From a virus, in the IMG/VR virus record IMGVR_UViG_3300045988_138037: a DNA stretch of 49,743 nucleotides; one strand, written 5' to 3'. Both the position numbers and the translations under genes were made by a program. Shown here piece by piece: positions 1-10,176 of the stretch (position 1 is the stretch's first letter; every line of letters starts with the position of its first letter). The notes beneath the pieces are model-generated. The model did not search any database and had not been told where the DNA came from. It worked only from the letters and a program-made list of their open reading frames with translations.

Positions 1-55
1 AAAAAGAATTAAAAGAATTAAAACTTACTAAAAACATCATCATACCTTTTCCTAA
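1..55. repeat. 55-bp terminal direct repeat identical to 49689..49743 (assembly overlap of a circular or circularly permuted genome)
   Basis: The string aaaaagaattaaaagaattaaaacttactaaaaacatcatcataccttttcctaa occurs at both window ends. Confidence 0.95.
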
Positions 56-89
56 CTTCCAACAAAACACTATAATATCTCCTACACAA

Positions 90-2405
90 ATGAATGATAA
101 CTTTGAGGAGATAGAACACGCTTATAATACCCTTATAGATAATCATAATGGTGCGATAAAGCGTTTAGAAGAAGCTATAAACTCTATCCCAGAAATTGAA
201 GATTTAGTAGGTGTAAAAGGAGATAAAGGGGACAAAGGAGAACAAGGCGAACGTGGTGAGAAAGGTGAGAAGGGCGACAAAGGAGATAAGGGTGATAAAG
301 GAGATAGAGGTGAACCAGGTATACAAGGTATACAGGGTGTAAAAGGAGACAAGGGAGATAAAGGCGATAAGGGTGAAGATGGTGTTATCATATTTGAAGA
401 ATTAACACCAGAACAAAAAGCTACTCTTAAAGGTGATAAGGGGGATAGAGGAGAACAAGGTTTACCAGGTGAAAAAGGCGAGAAGGGTGATAATGGTATA
501 ACTCCAAACATTAAGGTTGGTAAAGTTGTAACTCTTGAGCCAACTGAACAAGCAAATGTTGAGAGAGTTGGCACGTTAGAAAACCCAACATTCAATTTCT
601 ATATTCCAAGAGGTCTTGATGGAAGTGGTGAAGGCTCTGGCGATGGGCACACTCACTCTAATTTAAGTGCATTAAACTCTATAACTCAATCTAAAATAAA
701 TGCGTGGGACGATAAAGCTCCTTCAAATCACTCACATACAGAATATGCAAGTAGTTCACATACACACAGTAATTATGCAAATACATCACATACACATACT
801 GAATACGCTTCAACTAATCATACACATAATTATGCAAGTGCATCACATACTCACTCTGATTACGCTAACAAAACGCATACACATACTGATTATGCTAATA
901 AAACACATACTCATAGTACAAGTGATATAAGTAATTTAAGTAGTTATGTTTCTAGTTTGATTACTAATGATACTTATATAAACTCATTAAAAAGCACTAT
1001 TGATACACTTTCTTCTGAACTTACAAAAGTAAAGACAGATATTGAAGCGTTAAAAAATAACTCTGGTAGTGCTAACATTCCTGTAACAGGCATTAACTGT
1101 TCTGAATGGGAAGTTAATTTACAAGTTGGACAAACAAGACAAATAATTGCAAGTGTTATTCCTTCAAGCGCCACAAACAAATTGATACATTGGTACTCTG
1201 ATAATACTCTTGCTGTTGATGTTAGTTCAAATGGTTTAATAACGGCAAAAGGTGTTGGTTATTCAAAGGTTACTGCTACAACAGATGATGGTGGACACAA
1301 ATATGATATTCGTGTTACCGTAACTGCAAGTAGTGGTGGAGGAAGTGGAAGTACAACTACCTCTGGAATAAAAGTAGCACCTGAAAGTGTTTCAATAGAA
1401 CGTGGTAAAACTGTTGACGTAACAATATCATTTGGAAGTGATGTTATAAACAAAAATATTGAGTGTATGAGTAGTAGTGGAGCTATTGCTAGTGTATCTG
1501 ATTTAGGAAGTCATAGATACAGAATAACAGGAGTAGGTCAAGGACAAACTTCAATAAGATTTAGAACTTCTGATGGGAAATTTGAGGTTTCTTGTTCTGT
1601 AACAGTTACTGCACCCTCAAGTGGTGGTGGAGGTGAAATGACTTCAAATGAGTACGAAGAGTCTTGTAAAAGTGAGTATATACTTGACAAAATGTACCCA
1701 ATGGGTCAAGCACACGAAGCCATACCTAACGGTAATATAACAGGTTGGAAACACAATAGTAGATGGGAAAACCAATATAGACCTACTGCTATGGCTCACA
1801 GTTGTGGTCAAAGTGGATGTCCAGGAACAGGTGCGTTTCAAGCACTAGGTTGTTGGTCTAATATATATAGAGTTGAAGGAACACCTTTTACTCAAAATAC
1901 AGGTGTTGAGATGAAGGATATAAAAGTTTATGGTTGGTATAATGGAGCTTGGGAATTAGTTCAACATCTACCTGTACCAAATGGTAACTTTTACGCAGAG
2001 TCATTTAGTGGAGACAGTAATAGATATTTTGGAGATAGCGTTAAACAATCTAGCACATCAAAAACTATAATACTTAGAGAGGCAAACAAGATTAATTCAG
2101 AAAACTGTATGTATCACCCATTTTCAAATATAAAGGCTTTTGATACTAAATACCAATACATTTATACTTGTATAGACTTACGTAAAGTTAAGTGGAATGA
2201 AAATGGTGTAGATGATAGAGACCAAACTCATTATTGCAGTAATTGTGGTGGAGATTGGTGGTTAAAAGAAGGGTTAATGTTCCACGATAGTTGGCAACAC
2301 AACAAAGGTGTATGTCAACCTAAGATGATTGAAATTACAAATGAATGGAGAAGGTTTAGTATGACTACTGTTCCGCAAGGTTGGTCAAACGGCTTCCCTC
2401 AATAA
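90..2405 (+). CDS. Collagen-like tail fibre / receptor-binding protein. The true start is probably 49682, across the junction.
   Basis: G-X-Y repeats ([18 protein letters not shown]...), eight HxH repeats (SHTHSNYA-type), a coiled coil, two Big_2-like Ig domains and a C-terminal Cys/Trp-rich domain. The frame is open from position 3 and no SD precedes the ATG at 90. Confidence 0.8.
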   Translation: MNDNFEEIEHAYNTLIDNHNGAIKRLEEAINSIPEIEDLVGVKGDKGDKGEQGERGEKGEKGDKGDKGDKGDRGEPGIQGIQGVKGDKGDKGDKGEDGVIIFEELTPEQKATLKGDKGDRGEQGLPGEKGEKGDNGITPNIKVGKVVTLEPTEQANVERVGTLENPTFNFYIPRGLDGSGEGSGDGHTHSNLSALNSITQSKINAWDDKAPSNHSHTEYASSSHTHSNYANTSHTHTEYASTNHTHNYASASHTHSDYANKTHTHTDYANKTHTHSTSDISNLSSYVSSLITNDTYINSLKSTIDTLSSELTKVKTDIEALKNNSGSANIPVTGINCSEWEVNLQVGQTRQIIASVIPSSATNKLIHWYSDNTLAVDVSSNGLITAKGVGYSKVTATTDDGGHKYDIRVTVTASSGGGSGSTTTSGIKVAPESVSIERGKTVDVTISFGSDVINKNIECMSSSGAIASVSDLGSHRYRITGVGQGQTSIRFRTSDGKFEVSCSVTVTAPSSGGGGEMTSNEYEESCKSEYILDKMYPMGQAHEAIPNGNITGWKHNSRWENQYRPTAMAHSCGQSGCPGTGAFQALGCWSNIYRVEGTPFTQNTGVEMKDIKVYGWYNGAWELVQHLPVPNGNFYAESFSGDSNRYFGDSVKQSSTSKTIILREANKINSENCMYHPFSNIKAFDTKYQYIYTCIDLRKVKWNENGVDDRDQTHYCSNCGGDWWLKEGLMFHDSWQHNKGVCQPKMIEITNEWRRFSMTTVPQGWSNGFPQ
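210..383 (+). repeat. Collagen-like G-X-Y triplet tract (19 triplets); a second tract of 7 triplets lies at 432..497
   Basis: [58 protein letters not shown] read from the translation. Confidence 0.9.
648..914 (+). repeat. Array of eight His-x-His motifs with roughly 10-aa periodicity (xxHTHxxYA)
   Basis: GHTHS, NHSHT, SHTHS, SHTHT, NHTHN, SHTHS, THTHT and THTHS in the translation. Confidence 0.9.
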
Positions 2406-2474
2406 ACATTGGGTGGCGTTAATTCGCCACTCGTGATAAAATAAATATATATAATTAACAAGAAAGGAAAAGTT

Positions 2475-4601
2475 ATGCAAAATCAATATAACAATTATTT
2501 AAAGAGACAAAAACAACAACCTATAAATAATTTTAAAGAAAAAGTTAGAAACTCGTTAAATGGTAAAACTGTAAATAATACAACAATGCCTAACACGACT
2601 CAAGCTACAATACAAAATAAAGTAAAAGCTATGACTCCTACAACTGGTACGAGTACAAATACAACAGGCTCTGGGGGTGCTAGTGGCGTTTCTACACCTG
2701 TACAAACACCTAATAATATAAATAGTAGAGCAATTATTCCAAACACCTCACAAACCCCTTTAAATGCGTCAGAAGGCACTCCTGTAATAACTACACCTGT
2801 TGAAACAAATCAAGCACAACCTGTTAATGCCGAAGGAGTTGGTGGAGCAGGATTAATGAGTTTATCTGATGTGAATAGTGCGTTAGCAGTAACACCAGAA
2901 ACTACAAGTGGATATAATGTTAATTCAAATGCTAGAACTGCAAGTGCAAATCAAAGAGGTTTAGTATATAACCCACTTGACCCTAACGCAATAGTGCCAG
3001 GAACAGGTGGTATGACACAAGCAGAATACGAAGCAGAAGCAAAAAGAAAACTAGACGCAGGTATAGCACTTGATAATCCAGAGTTATATAATAAATATAC
3101 AAACCAATCTACACCTTACAAATTAGCAGACCAAATACTTCAATCTCAAAAAGAACAAGCAAATAAAGGTTGGCAACTTCAAGAGCAAATGTTCCAACAA
3201 CAACAAGAAGCATTAAAAAAACAACACGAACAATCTAAACTAGAAGCAGAGAACGCTTATAAACAATCTGTTGATACACTAAACGAACAGAAGTATAACC
3301 AAATGGAAGAATTAAACGTATCTGGTACAAATCGTGGTATACAATACTCACCTCAACAATTAGGTTTAGAAAACGTAGCAAATATAAATCACAACAAGAA
3401 TTTAGTAGAAACTTCTAATAAACGTAATGAACTTCTTAATAAATTACAAATCGAAATGAACAACTCTTTAGCTCAATTAAATATGGGGCACTTACAAAAC
3501 TACAATGATTACCAAAATAAATTAAATGGATACCAAACAGATTACTTTGAAAAGTTAATGAATTGGAACAGAGAAGATAATAAAACACAAGATAATCGTG
3601 ATTGGGAACAAAAACTACTTGAAGAAAAACGTGCGTGGGAAGAAGCACAAGCACAAAAAGATAAAGAATTCCAACAAATGATGCAAGAGCTTCAAAACAA
3701 GTTTGATAAAGAACAACAAGATAGTCAAAACAATTGGCAATCTGGTGAAAACAAATTAGATAGAGACCATGATAAAGAAATGGCAGATAACTCAAGAAGC
3801 GGTGGTGGTGGATATTCAAGACGTGGATATTCTGGTTATTCAAGAAGTTATAACCCTTATTCAAGAGGTTATTATGGTGGTTATCAAAACTATGACGGTG
3901 GAGAAATAAGTGCAGATACACTTAATGACGAGATAACACAACAAGCAGTAGATAACAAATTTAAACAACTTTCAACTGATGTGTATAACGCAGTAGATAC
4001 AGGTGGGGTTTATGATTTAATGGAAAGAGCAAGTATATATAACGACTCTGTTTCACCTATGTATAACAGTTATTACGGACTTAATAAAACAGTTGATGAG
4101 AGATTAAACAATACTAGAGAAACTGCATTAAAACACCTTATAAACAAATCAGTAGCAAGAAGTACGAATGGTGCTTATAACATAGGAGATACTGTGTATC
4201 AACATAAATCGCCATTAAGAAAAGATTATATAGATAAAGTAAAGAAAACTCAAGAAGGAACTAAAGCTAAAGTTATGAATAGATTTTCTAATGATAATTT
4301 CGCTAAAATGAAACAAAACCATAAAGCAAATGTAGAAAGCATACATAACGATATTATGAAAGGTTCTAAGAATAAAAATTCCAAAAATAAAACTTCTAAA
4401 CAAAAAGAGAAAAATACTAAAAAACAAGAAAAAGCTAAAGCACAACAAAAGAAACGTGTTGAAATTAATAAAAGTTTTGGTGCTAAAAACCAAGCGTACA
4501 TCAAAAAGCAAATGGCAGAAAAGAAAAAACAACAAGAGAAAACTAAGAAGTTTAAAGATAAAGTTAAAAAGACAGTAAAGAAAATATTTAAGAAAAAATA
4601 A
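2475..4601 (+). CDS. Low-complexity virion protein; candidate internal/ejection protein (positional analogue of T7 gp15)
   Basis: SD gaaaggaaaag upstream. T/S/P/N-rich N-terminus, Q-rich coiled coil, an RGG/SY-rich patch (SRSGGGGYSRRGYSGYSRSYNPYSRGYYGGY) and a poly-Lys C-terminal tail. The call rests on position in the structural module. Confidence 0.35.
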   Translation: MQNQYNNYLKRQKQQPINNFKEKVRNSLNGKTVNNTTMPNTTQATIQNKVKAMTPTTGTSTNTTGSGGASGVSTPVQTPNNINSRAIIPNTSQTPLNASEGTPVITTPVETNQAQPVNAEGVGGAGLMSLSDVNSALAVTPETTSGYNVNSNARTASANQRGLVYNPLDPNAIVPGTGGMTQAEYEAEAKRKLDAGIALDNPELYNKYTNQSTPYKLADQILQSQKEQANKGWQLQEQMFQQQQEALKKQHEQSKLEAENAYKQSVDTLNEQKYNQMEELNVSGTNRGIQYSPQQLGLENVANINHNKNLVETSNKRNELLNKLQIEMNNSLAQLNMGHLQNYNDYQNKLNGYQTDYFEKLMNWNREDNKTQDNRDWEQKLLEEKRAWEEAQAQKDKEFQQMMQELQNKFDKEQQDSQNNWQSGENKLDRDHDKEMADNSRSGGGGYSRRGYSGYSRSYNPYSRGYYGGYQNYDGGEISADTLNDEITQQAVDNKFKQLSTDVYNAVDTGGVYDLMERASIYNDSVSPMYNSYYGLNKTVDERLNNTRETALKHLINKSVARSTNGAYNIGDTVYQHKSPLRKDYIDKVKKTQEGTKAKVMNRFSNDNFAKMKQNHKANVESIHNDIMKGSKNKNSKNKTSKQKEKNTKKQEKAKAQQKKRVEINKSFGAKNQAYIKKQMAEKKKQQEKTKKFKDKVKKTVKKIFKKK

Positions 4602-4617
4602 TTGAAAGGAGGATTTT

Positions 4618-7600
4618 ATGAGTTCTAAAAAGAAAAAGTTTGAACAACAAATTCAACAAAACAAGATAAATAGAGTTACTAATAAAAACGCAAAGTACAA
4701 TAAAAAAATGTCCAAATCAGATGAGAACTACATAAAAGGTAACTATACTAAATCAGTTAATCAAACAGTTTATGGTGTTAAGAAAAACTTAGCAGAAGGT
4801 CAAAAAGTACACGGTTATGGCGATGATTATATAGATACTAAGGGGATGAAAAGAAGTAGATATGTAAAGAAACAAAACGGTGAAAACCCATATGAAGCAA
4901 AATATGCCTACCAAACAGGAAAGCCTAAATACGTAAAAGGTGGTACAAAAGCAGACGGAACTAAATATGATGGGTTTTACAGTAATAAAAGACTTCTTAA
5001 AGGCTATGAAAAAGAGAGTTATAAAAACACAGGTACATTAAATAATAAAGAATATATGCCTAAACAAAAGTACGCATTGATGAGTTCTCACAAATGGGAT
5101 AATGCAGAAAAGTTTAGCGACCACTTAAACACTAAAGTTTGGGACGGTATTGAAACTGCCAAAGCAAATCAACGTAAAGGAAAACACATAAGTAATGCTT
5201 TGGAATATGTAAAAGGTGGAGCAAAAGACGTTATATTTGACCCTGCTATGGACTTTATGAAAAGTATAGGTGCTATTGGAAGTTACGGTCTTGCAGGTAT
5301 TGCAGGTGTAGCAGAAGATAGTGGTAATTTAGCCAAAGCGATAGCAGACCCTAAACGTGATTATAAATATTATAGTCAAGGTAGAAACAACCTTAAAGAA
5401 AATTTAAAGGCGAATAAAGAGGAGCTTGATAAAACAGGTTTTGGTAAGTATATGGGGTCGTTTCTTAGTGAAGCTAAAACACGTGCGGATGAAGGTCAAA
5501 TAAGATTTTTAAAGGACACTGGTAGACATAGCGATGCTATAGAGTATAAAAAACAAATCGAAGAGAATAAGAAAAGAGACACTAACTTACTTAACGTAAC
5601 AGGTTTTGTTATGGATTTACTTGCACCTACTATTGTTGAAGATAAAGTTATTGATGTGGTAAAAGGACTTGGTAAGAATACTGCCAAATCATTTAAAGAA
5701 CTTAAAAATGGTACTGCAAACTTAGCAACAGGTATCATACCAGAAGAAACTGCTAAACTTATGGCTAACTCTAAGAAGTACGCAGGTAAAGGTAGCAAAA
5801 TAACAGGAGCTTCTGATGATGTATTTTACTCTGGTAAAAAAGGTAAAACTGCTACTGACAAATTATTAGATAATCAATTTGAAAAAACAATGGACAATAT
5901 TAAAGACGTTGTTAAGAAAAACCCTAACACATCTAATCTAGGTAAGTTCCTTGATACACTTGATAGTAAACCACTTAAAGGAACGCAACGTAGCATAGAC
6001 GGTAGAACACTTAATAAAAAATATACTCAAACTAAAGATGGTTACATACCTAATCTAATGAATAGTGTTGATGAGGTAGATAATATTGTAAAAGGTAAGG
6101 CAAATGGACAATACTCTATGTTTGGTAAAGACGGAAGTATGAATGCATATATAGATAACATACAAAACCCTTATGCAAGATATGAAAAAGTTATAAACAA
6201 ATATGGAGATGATATAGACGGTCTTGTAAATAAGATAGACTCTATGAGTTCTCATAACGCAGATGCAACACTTGATTACCTTAGAAAAACTAAACCAGAA
6301 GTGTATGAACAAGTAGTAAAAGGTAGTGATGAGATAACTGATATGATAGAAAGTACTACTAGACGTAGAGGTTATGAAACACAACAAAAGATAAAAGATG
6401 ATAACAGATATTTTAATACTAAAGATGTAAACACACCTAAATTTAGTGCAGAAGAACTTGCTAAACAAAAATATATAAAAGAGAATAATTATAAACTTCT
6501 TAAAGATGTTTTTAATCCTAAATTTGTAGATAACGTAGGTAACATAAAAGAAAGAGAAGGACTACTTAGAACAGGTGTTAAAAACTTTGCACAAAAAGTT
6601 AGTACACTTTCAGAAGGTACTCTTGAAGAAGCTAGTGTTCAAATTAAAAACGCAAAATATTTAGTTGATAAAGGTGAGATAGGTGCTCACGAAGTATCTA
6701 AGATGTTGAATGATTTATTCTTTGATGGTAAAGATGTTGTTAGAAGAAATGTAACACCTAGACACGCAAATCAATTACTAGATTATGTAGATGATATGAT
6801 AGTTAAACAAGCTAACGGTGTTTTAGAAGAGCTTGACTCTTTAGGTAATAAAATACCTGTTGGAGAAGGTGCTAGAAAAATATCTGCTTCACTTACTGAT
6901 TATAGATACGATGAGAAGATGTCTAATCTAGCTTCACACTTTGGTGTTAAAAACAAAGCAGAACTTACTGACAGATATAAGGAATTACAAACTAAGAAAA
7001 GAGTACAACCACTTAATACAGAAGAATTCTACGAATATAAAGAACTTGGTGAAAAGATAGCGAAGTGGGATGATGAATATAAAAATGTAAAATATATGTC
7101 TGATGAATATGATGATTACGCTAAAAAAGCATATGGTAAAAAAGACGGTACAGAAGGTTATAAAGAAGCACTTGATGAATTAGCAGAAAAACAAGCTAGA
7201 ATAGATGCTACAAAAGGTAAGGAAAATCAAATCAGAGAAGCTAGACATAAATCTGAACTTGGTTCTGACCCAGATGTAACTGCATCTCCTAGAGCACAAG
7301 GTTTATTCCATAAAAATGTTGATGAATATAATCACGTAAGTCAAAATAATGTCGGTGGTAATATTAAAAACCAAATAAAACCTAAAGACAAGATAGAGTA
7401 CAGTAAGAGCATAGGTCTTAAATACGTAAACTCTAAATATGGGGTTCAAATACCTAAAGATAAGCAAACTTTTAAAAACGTATATGCAAATAAAAATGTA
7501 AAATCTGCCGTAGATAACTTATTAACTCTTATGAATAAAGAAGTTAAACTTACTCAAGGCGGTAAGTATGGTGATGAGTATGCAAAAATAAGATTACTTG

Positions 7601-9960
7601 TAGAGGATAATATTAAATATCTTGATAATCTTGGTGTTGATAGAAAAGTGTATTTTAACGAACTTAAAAACCAAAAACTTAAATTAATCCAATCTATACA
7701 ACAAGATATGCAAGTAGGTAAAAATTTAAACGGAACAAACCCTTTAAATGGTATTATCAAGAACACTACAAAAGGTATTAACCCACTTGAAATGGCTCAC
7801 ATCAAAATAAATGGTAAAGCACTTAATAATATAGATGAACTTACACCAGACCAATTACAATGGAAGTATTTAATGACAGAAGGTGCTAAAACTATTGATG
7901 AGTTGTTTGATATACCAAGCCCTAAAATGTTACAACGTGGAGATAACTTAGGTAGCGAAATAAGTAATATGTTAGGAAATAAGAACAACACACAAACTCT
8001 TGGTGATGTGAATACAAATCTTAACAAAGCTAATAATCCATTTGATGAGTTTTTAGAGAATAAACCTAATCTTAATAATCTACCTACACCTGCTATAAAT
8101 GAATTACCTAATACACCACACTTTAATAATTTTATAAGTAAATTGACAGGTAAAGTTGATGGTGGTGTTCAAGAAGTTATGGATATAGCAGATAATCATA
8201 TCAAGGTTAATGAAGATTATGTTCATCTACCAGATTTATTAAAAGAGCAAAACAACTTCCCTGTTGATGGAGATTTTGATGTACTTGATTTATTAAAACC
8301 TAATGTTGACAACGATAGCCAAGTTAATATGCTTGGATATATAACAGGGCAAAAACTAGATGTTGATAAGAGTTCGCTTTATAAAAACAAAAACAAATCA
8401 CAAATAAAATTACCTAAAATACCTAATGAACTTGATAGTGGAAGTTTCAAGCAATACGCAGATAAACTTTATGAGCTTGGTATTAATCCATATCAAAAAC
8501 CTCCTAAAACAAAACCTAATAATATGCCAAATGAAGTTTATGAATATTGGAATGAGTTTTCAAATAAAGTTTTATCAGATGATGTGTCTAAAAAAGGTAT
8601 TAATGAATTGAAAAAAATAGATGAACACATCGCTAAAAATAGTAAAGAACTTGTAAAGCCTACAAAAACTACACCAGACAAATCTCTTGAAAACTTAAAT
8701 GTATATGAAGATAGTATGAAAAATTCTACAAAAACAATTCATAAAAACATTTATGAGTATAACAAACTTAACAAACACATTGATGATGTTAATATAGATG
8801 ATTATATGGGGTCTACTAATAAAATGTCTAAACATAAAGATAACGAACTTTATGATATGTATAAACGTTGGTTAAACTCTTGGAAAAAAGGACTTACAGT
8901 ATATAACCCAGGTTGGCACGTACAAAACTTCTTCCAAAACAAAGGGCAAAACTACCTTGCACTTGGAGCAGACGCTTTACTACCTCAAACAGAAGCTAGA
9001 AACGTACTTAAACAAATCAATGGTAAAGGTGGTAAAAATGGCTTTATAAAAAGTGCAAAAACTAACCAAGTATATAGTTATGATGAGATAGGAAAACTTG
9101 CACAAGAACTAGGTGTAGTTGACGGTCTTGGAGAAGATGTAAGAAATGCTAGGGGTATATTCCCTAGACTTGAAAATCAAATAGATAACTCGTCTATAAT
9201 GAAATGGTTAGGAACTAACGAACAAACTGCACGTTTAAATCACTTCGTAAAACAAATCGAAAGAGGTATGTCTCCAGAGGATGCTTCTAAATCTGTAAAC
9301 AAATACTTATTTGATTATAGCAAGAAAAATAAAGTTGATGATTTTATGGGAGATTTTGTAGACCCATTCTGGACATTCCATAAAAACAATGCAAGACTTA
9401 TGTATGGTTCAATGTTTGAGCACCCAGGTAAGATAAACTCTATAATAAGAGGTACTAAAGGTTTAGAAAATGGTATACCAGAAGAACAACGCCAAAACGA
9501 AGAGTTTAAATATGGAAAAATACAAAAACCTTATGCAAATCTTACTGATAGTGTAAATGGAGACCAATACAATTATTTATATAAACAAAATATGTTCCCA
9601 AATGTTGAGGACGCTATACCATTTGAAAGAGATGATATAGAAAACAAAATGAACCCTCTTGTACGCATGTTAATACAACAATCACGTGGAGAAGGTAATT
9701 TTGGTAACAAGATAGTTGAAGAAGGTGAAGAACCAGGGTGGAATGAAATAACTATGGAACAAAGATTGAAAGAAGTTCTTATGGATTTAAACCCATTTAT
9801 GCCAAACTTAGTTAAAACATTAGATAGTGAAAAGAATAGACAACAAAAATCAGATGAAGGTAAACAAAGTCAAGAAATTACAGATAAACAAATACTTATG
9901 GATTGGATAAATTATATAACAGGTAATAAGGGGAATTGGTACAGAAATTTAGACTTATAA
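4618..9960 (+). CDS. Giant (1780 aa) virion-associated protein; candidate internal core/ejection protein (positional analogue of T7 gp16)
   Basis: Strong SD gaaaggagg. Basic N-terminus, a Gly/Ala hydrophobic segment (IGAIGSYGLAGIAGVAEDSG), and position between the fibres. No catalytic motif recognised. Confidence 0.35.
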   Translation: MSSKKKKFEQQIQQNKINRVTNKNAKYNKKMSKSDENYIKGNYTKSVNQTVYGVKKNLAEGQKVHGYGDDYIDTKGMKRSRYVKKQNGENPYEAKYAYQTGKPKYVKGGTKADGTKYDGFYSNKRLLKGYEKESYKNTGTLNNKEYMPKQKYALMSSHKWDNAEKFSDHLNTKVWDGIETAKANQRKGKHISNALEYVKGGAKDVIFDPAMDFMKSIGAIGSYGLAGIAGVAEDSGNLAKAIADPKRDYKYYSQGRNNLKENLKANKEELDKTGFGKYMGSFLSEAKTRADEGQIRFLKDTGRHSDAIEYKKQIEENKKRDTNLLNVTGFVMDLLAPTIVEDKVIDVVKGLGKNTAKSFKELKNGTANLATGIIPEETAKLMANSKKYAGKGSKITGASDDVFYSGKKGKTATDKLLDNQFEKTMDNIKDVVKKNPNTSNLGKFLDTLDSKPLKGTQRSIDGRTLNKKYTQTKDGYIPNLMNSVDEVDNIVKGKANGQYSMFGKDGSMNAYIDNIQNPYARYEKVINKYGDDIDGLVNKIDSMSSHNADATLDYLRKTKPEVYEQVVKGSDEITDMIESTTRRRGYETQQKIKDDNRYFNTKDVNTPKFSAEELAKQKYIKENNYKLLKDVFNPKFVDNVGNIKEREGLLRTGVKNFAQKVSTLSEGTLEEASVQIKNAKYLVDKGEIGAHEVSKMLNDLFFDGKDVVRRNVTPRHANQLLDYVDDMIVKQANGVLEELDSLGNKIPVGEGARKISASLTDYRYDEKMSNLASHFGVKNKAELTDRYKELQTKKRVQPLNTEEFYEYKELGEKIAKWDDEYKNVKYMSDEYDDYAKKAYGKKDGTEGYKEALDELAEKQARIDATKGKENQIREARHKSELGSDPDVTASPRAQGLFHKNVDEYNHVSQNNVGGNIKNQIKPKDKIEYSKSIGLKYVNSKYGVQIPKDKQTFKNVYANKNVKSAVDNLLTLMNKEVKLTQGGKYGDEYAKIRLLVEDNIKYLDNLGVDRKVYFNELKNQKLKLIQSIQQDMQVGKNLNGTNPLNGIIKNTTKGINPLEMAHIKINGKALNNIDELTPDQLQWKYLMTEGAKTIDELFDIPSPKMLQRGDNLGSEISNMLGNKNNTQTLGDVNTNLNKANNPFDEFLENKPNLNNLPTPAINELPNTPHFNNFISKLTGKVDGGVQEVMDIADNHIKVNEDYVHLPDLLKEQNNFPVDGDFDVLDLLKPNVDNDSQVNMLGYITGQKLDVDKSSLYKNKNKSQIKLPKIPNELDSGSFKQYADKLYELGINPYQKPPKTKPNNMPNEVYEYWNEFSNKVLSDDVSKKGINELKKIDEHIAKNSKELVKPTKTTPDKSLENLNVYEDSMKNSTKTIHKNIYEYNKLNKHIDDVNIDDYMGSTNKMSKHKDNELYDMYKRWLNSWKKGLTVYNPGWHVQNFFQNKGQNYLALGADALLPQTEARNVLKQINGKGGKNGFIKSAKTNQVYSYDEIGKLAQELGVVDGLGEDVRNARGIFPRLENQIDNSSIMKWLGTNEQTARLNHFVKQIERGMSPEDASKSVNKYLFDYSKKNKVDDFMGDFVDPFWTFHKNNARLMYGSMFEHPGKINSIIRGTKGLENGIPEEQRQNEEFKYGKIQKPYANLTDSVNGDQYNYLYKQNMFPNVEDAIPFERDDIENKMNPLVRMLIQQSRGEGNFGNKIVEEGEEPGWNEITMEQRLKEVLMDLNPFMPNLVKTLDSEKNRQQKSDEGKQSQEITDKQILMDWINYITGNKGNWYRNLDL

Positions 9961-9972
9961 AGGGGTGAGAAA

Positions 9973-10176
9973 GTGGAGCTTAATATGCAACTTATAAATG
10001 AAATAGTAAATAGCCCTAGTGCTTATTTATCACTGTTTATATTGTTATTAGGGTATGTATTATACTCTTCTCAAACAAGAGAAAAAGAGATGAGAGAACA
10101 ATTAGATAAAACCGTACCTGTTCTTGAAAAAATATTAATACGTTTAGATGTAATCGAAGATAAATTAGAAAGGTAA
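9973..10176 (+). CDS. BhlA/UviB-type holin-like small membrane protein
   Basis: One N-terminal TM (AYLSLFILLLGYVLY) followed by a charged coiled tail (REKEMREQLDK...), as in the BhlA family. An alternative ATG start lies at 9985. Confidence 0.55.
   Translation: MELNMQLINEIVNSPSAYLSLFILLLGYVLYSSQTREKEMREQLDKTVPVLEKILIRLDVIEDKLER

Noticed and set aside
143-595. 150-aa minus-strand ORF ([11 protein letters not shown]-rich) antisense to the collagen-like repeats
   Set aside because: It is the mirror image of the G-X-Y repeat DNA. It has no SD, a low-complexity translation, and is fully contained within a well-supported + strand gene.
700-930. 76-aa + strand ORF in an alternative frame of the HxH repeat region
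   Set aside because: It is a frame-shifted reading of the repetitive cat/aca DNA (HIHT/IHI repeats). It has no SD and lies within the fibre gene.
4618-9960. Virion RNA polymerase (N4-like or T7-like) hidden in the 1780-aa protein
   Set aside because: The only partial resemblances were KDTGR (not DxxGR) and HKNNARLMYGS, which has the wrong K-to-Y spacing and no upstream Arg. No HDS-type motif C was found, so there is insufficient support.
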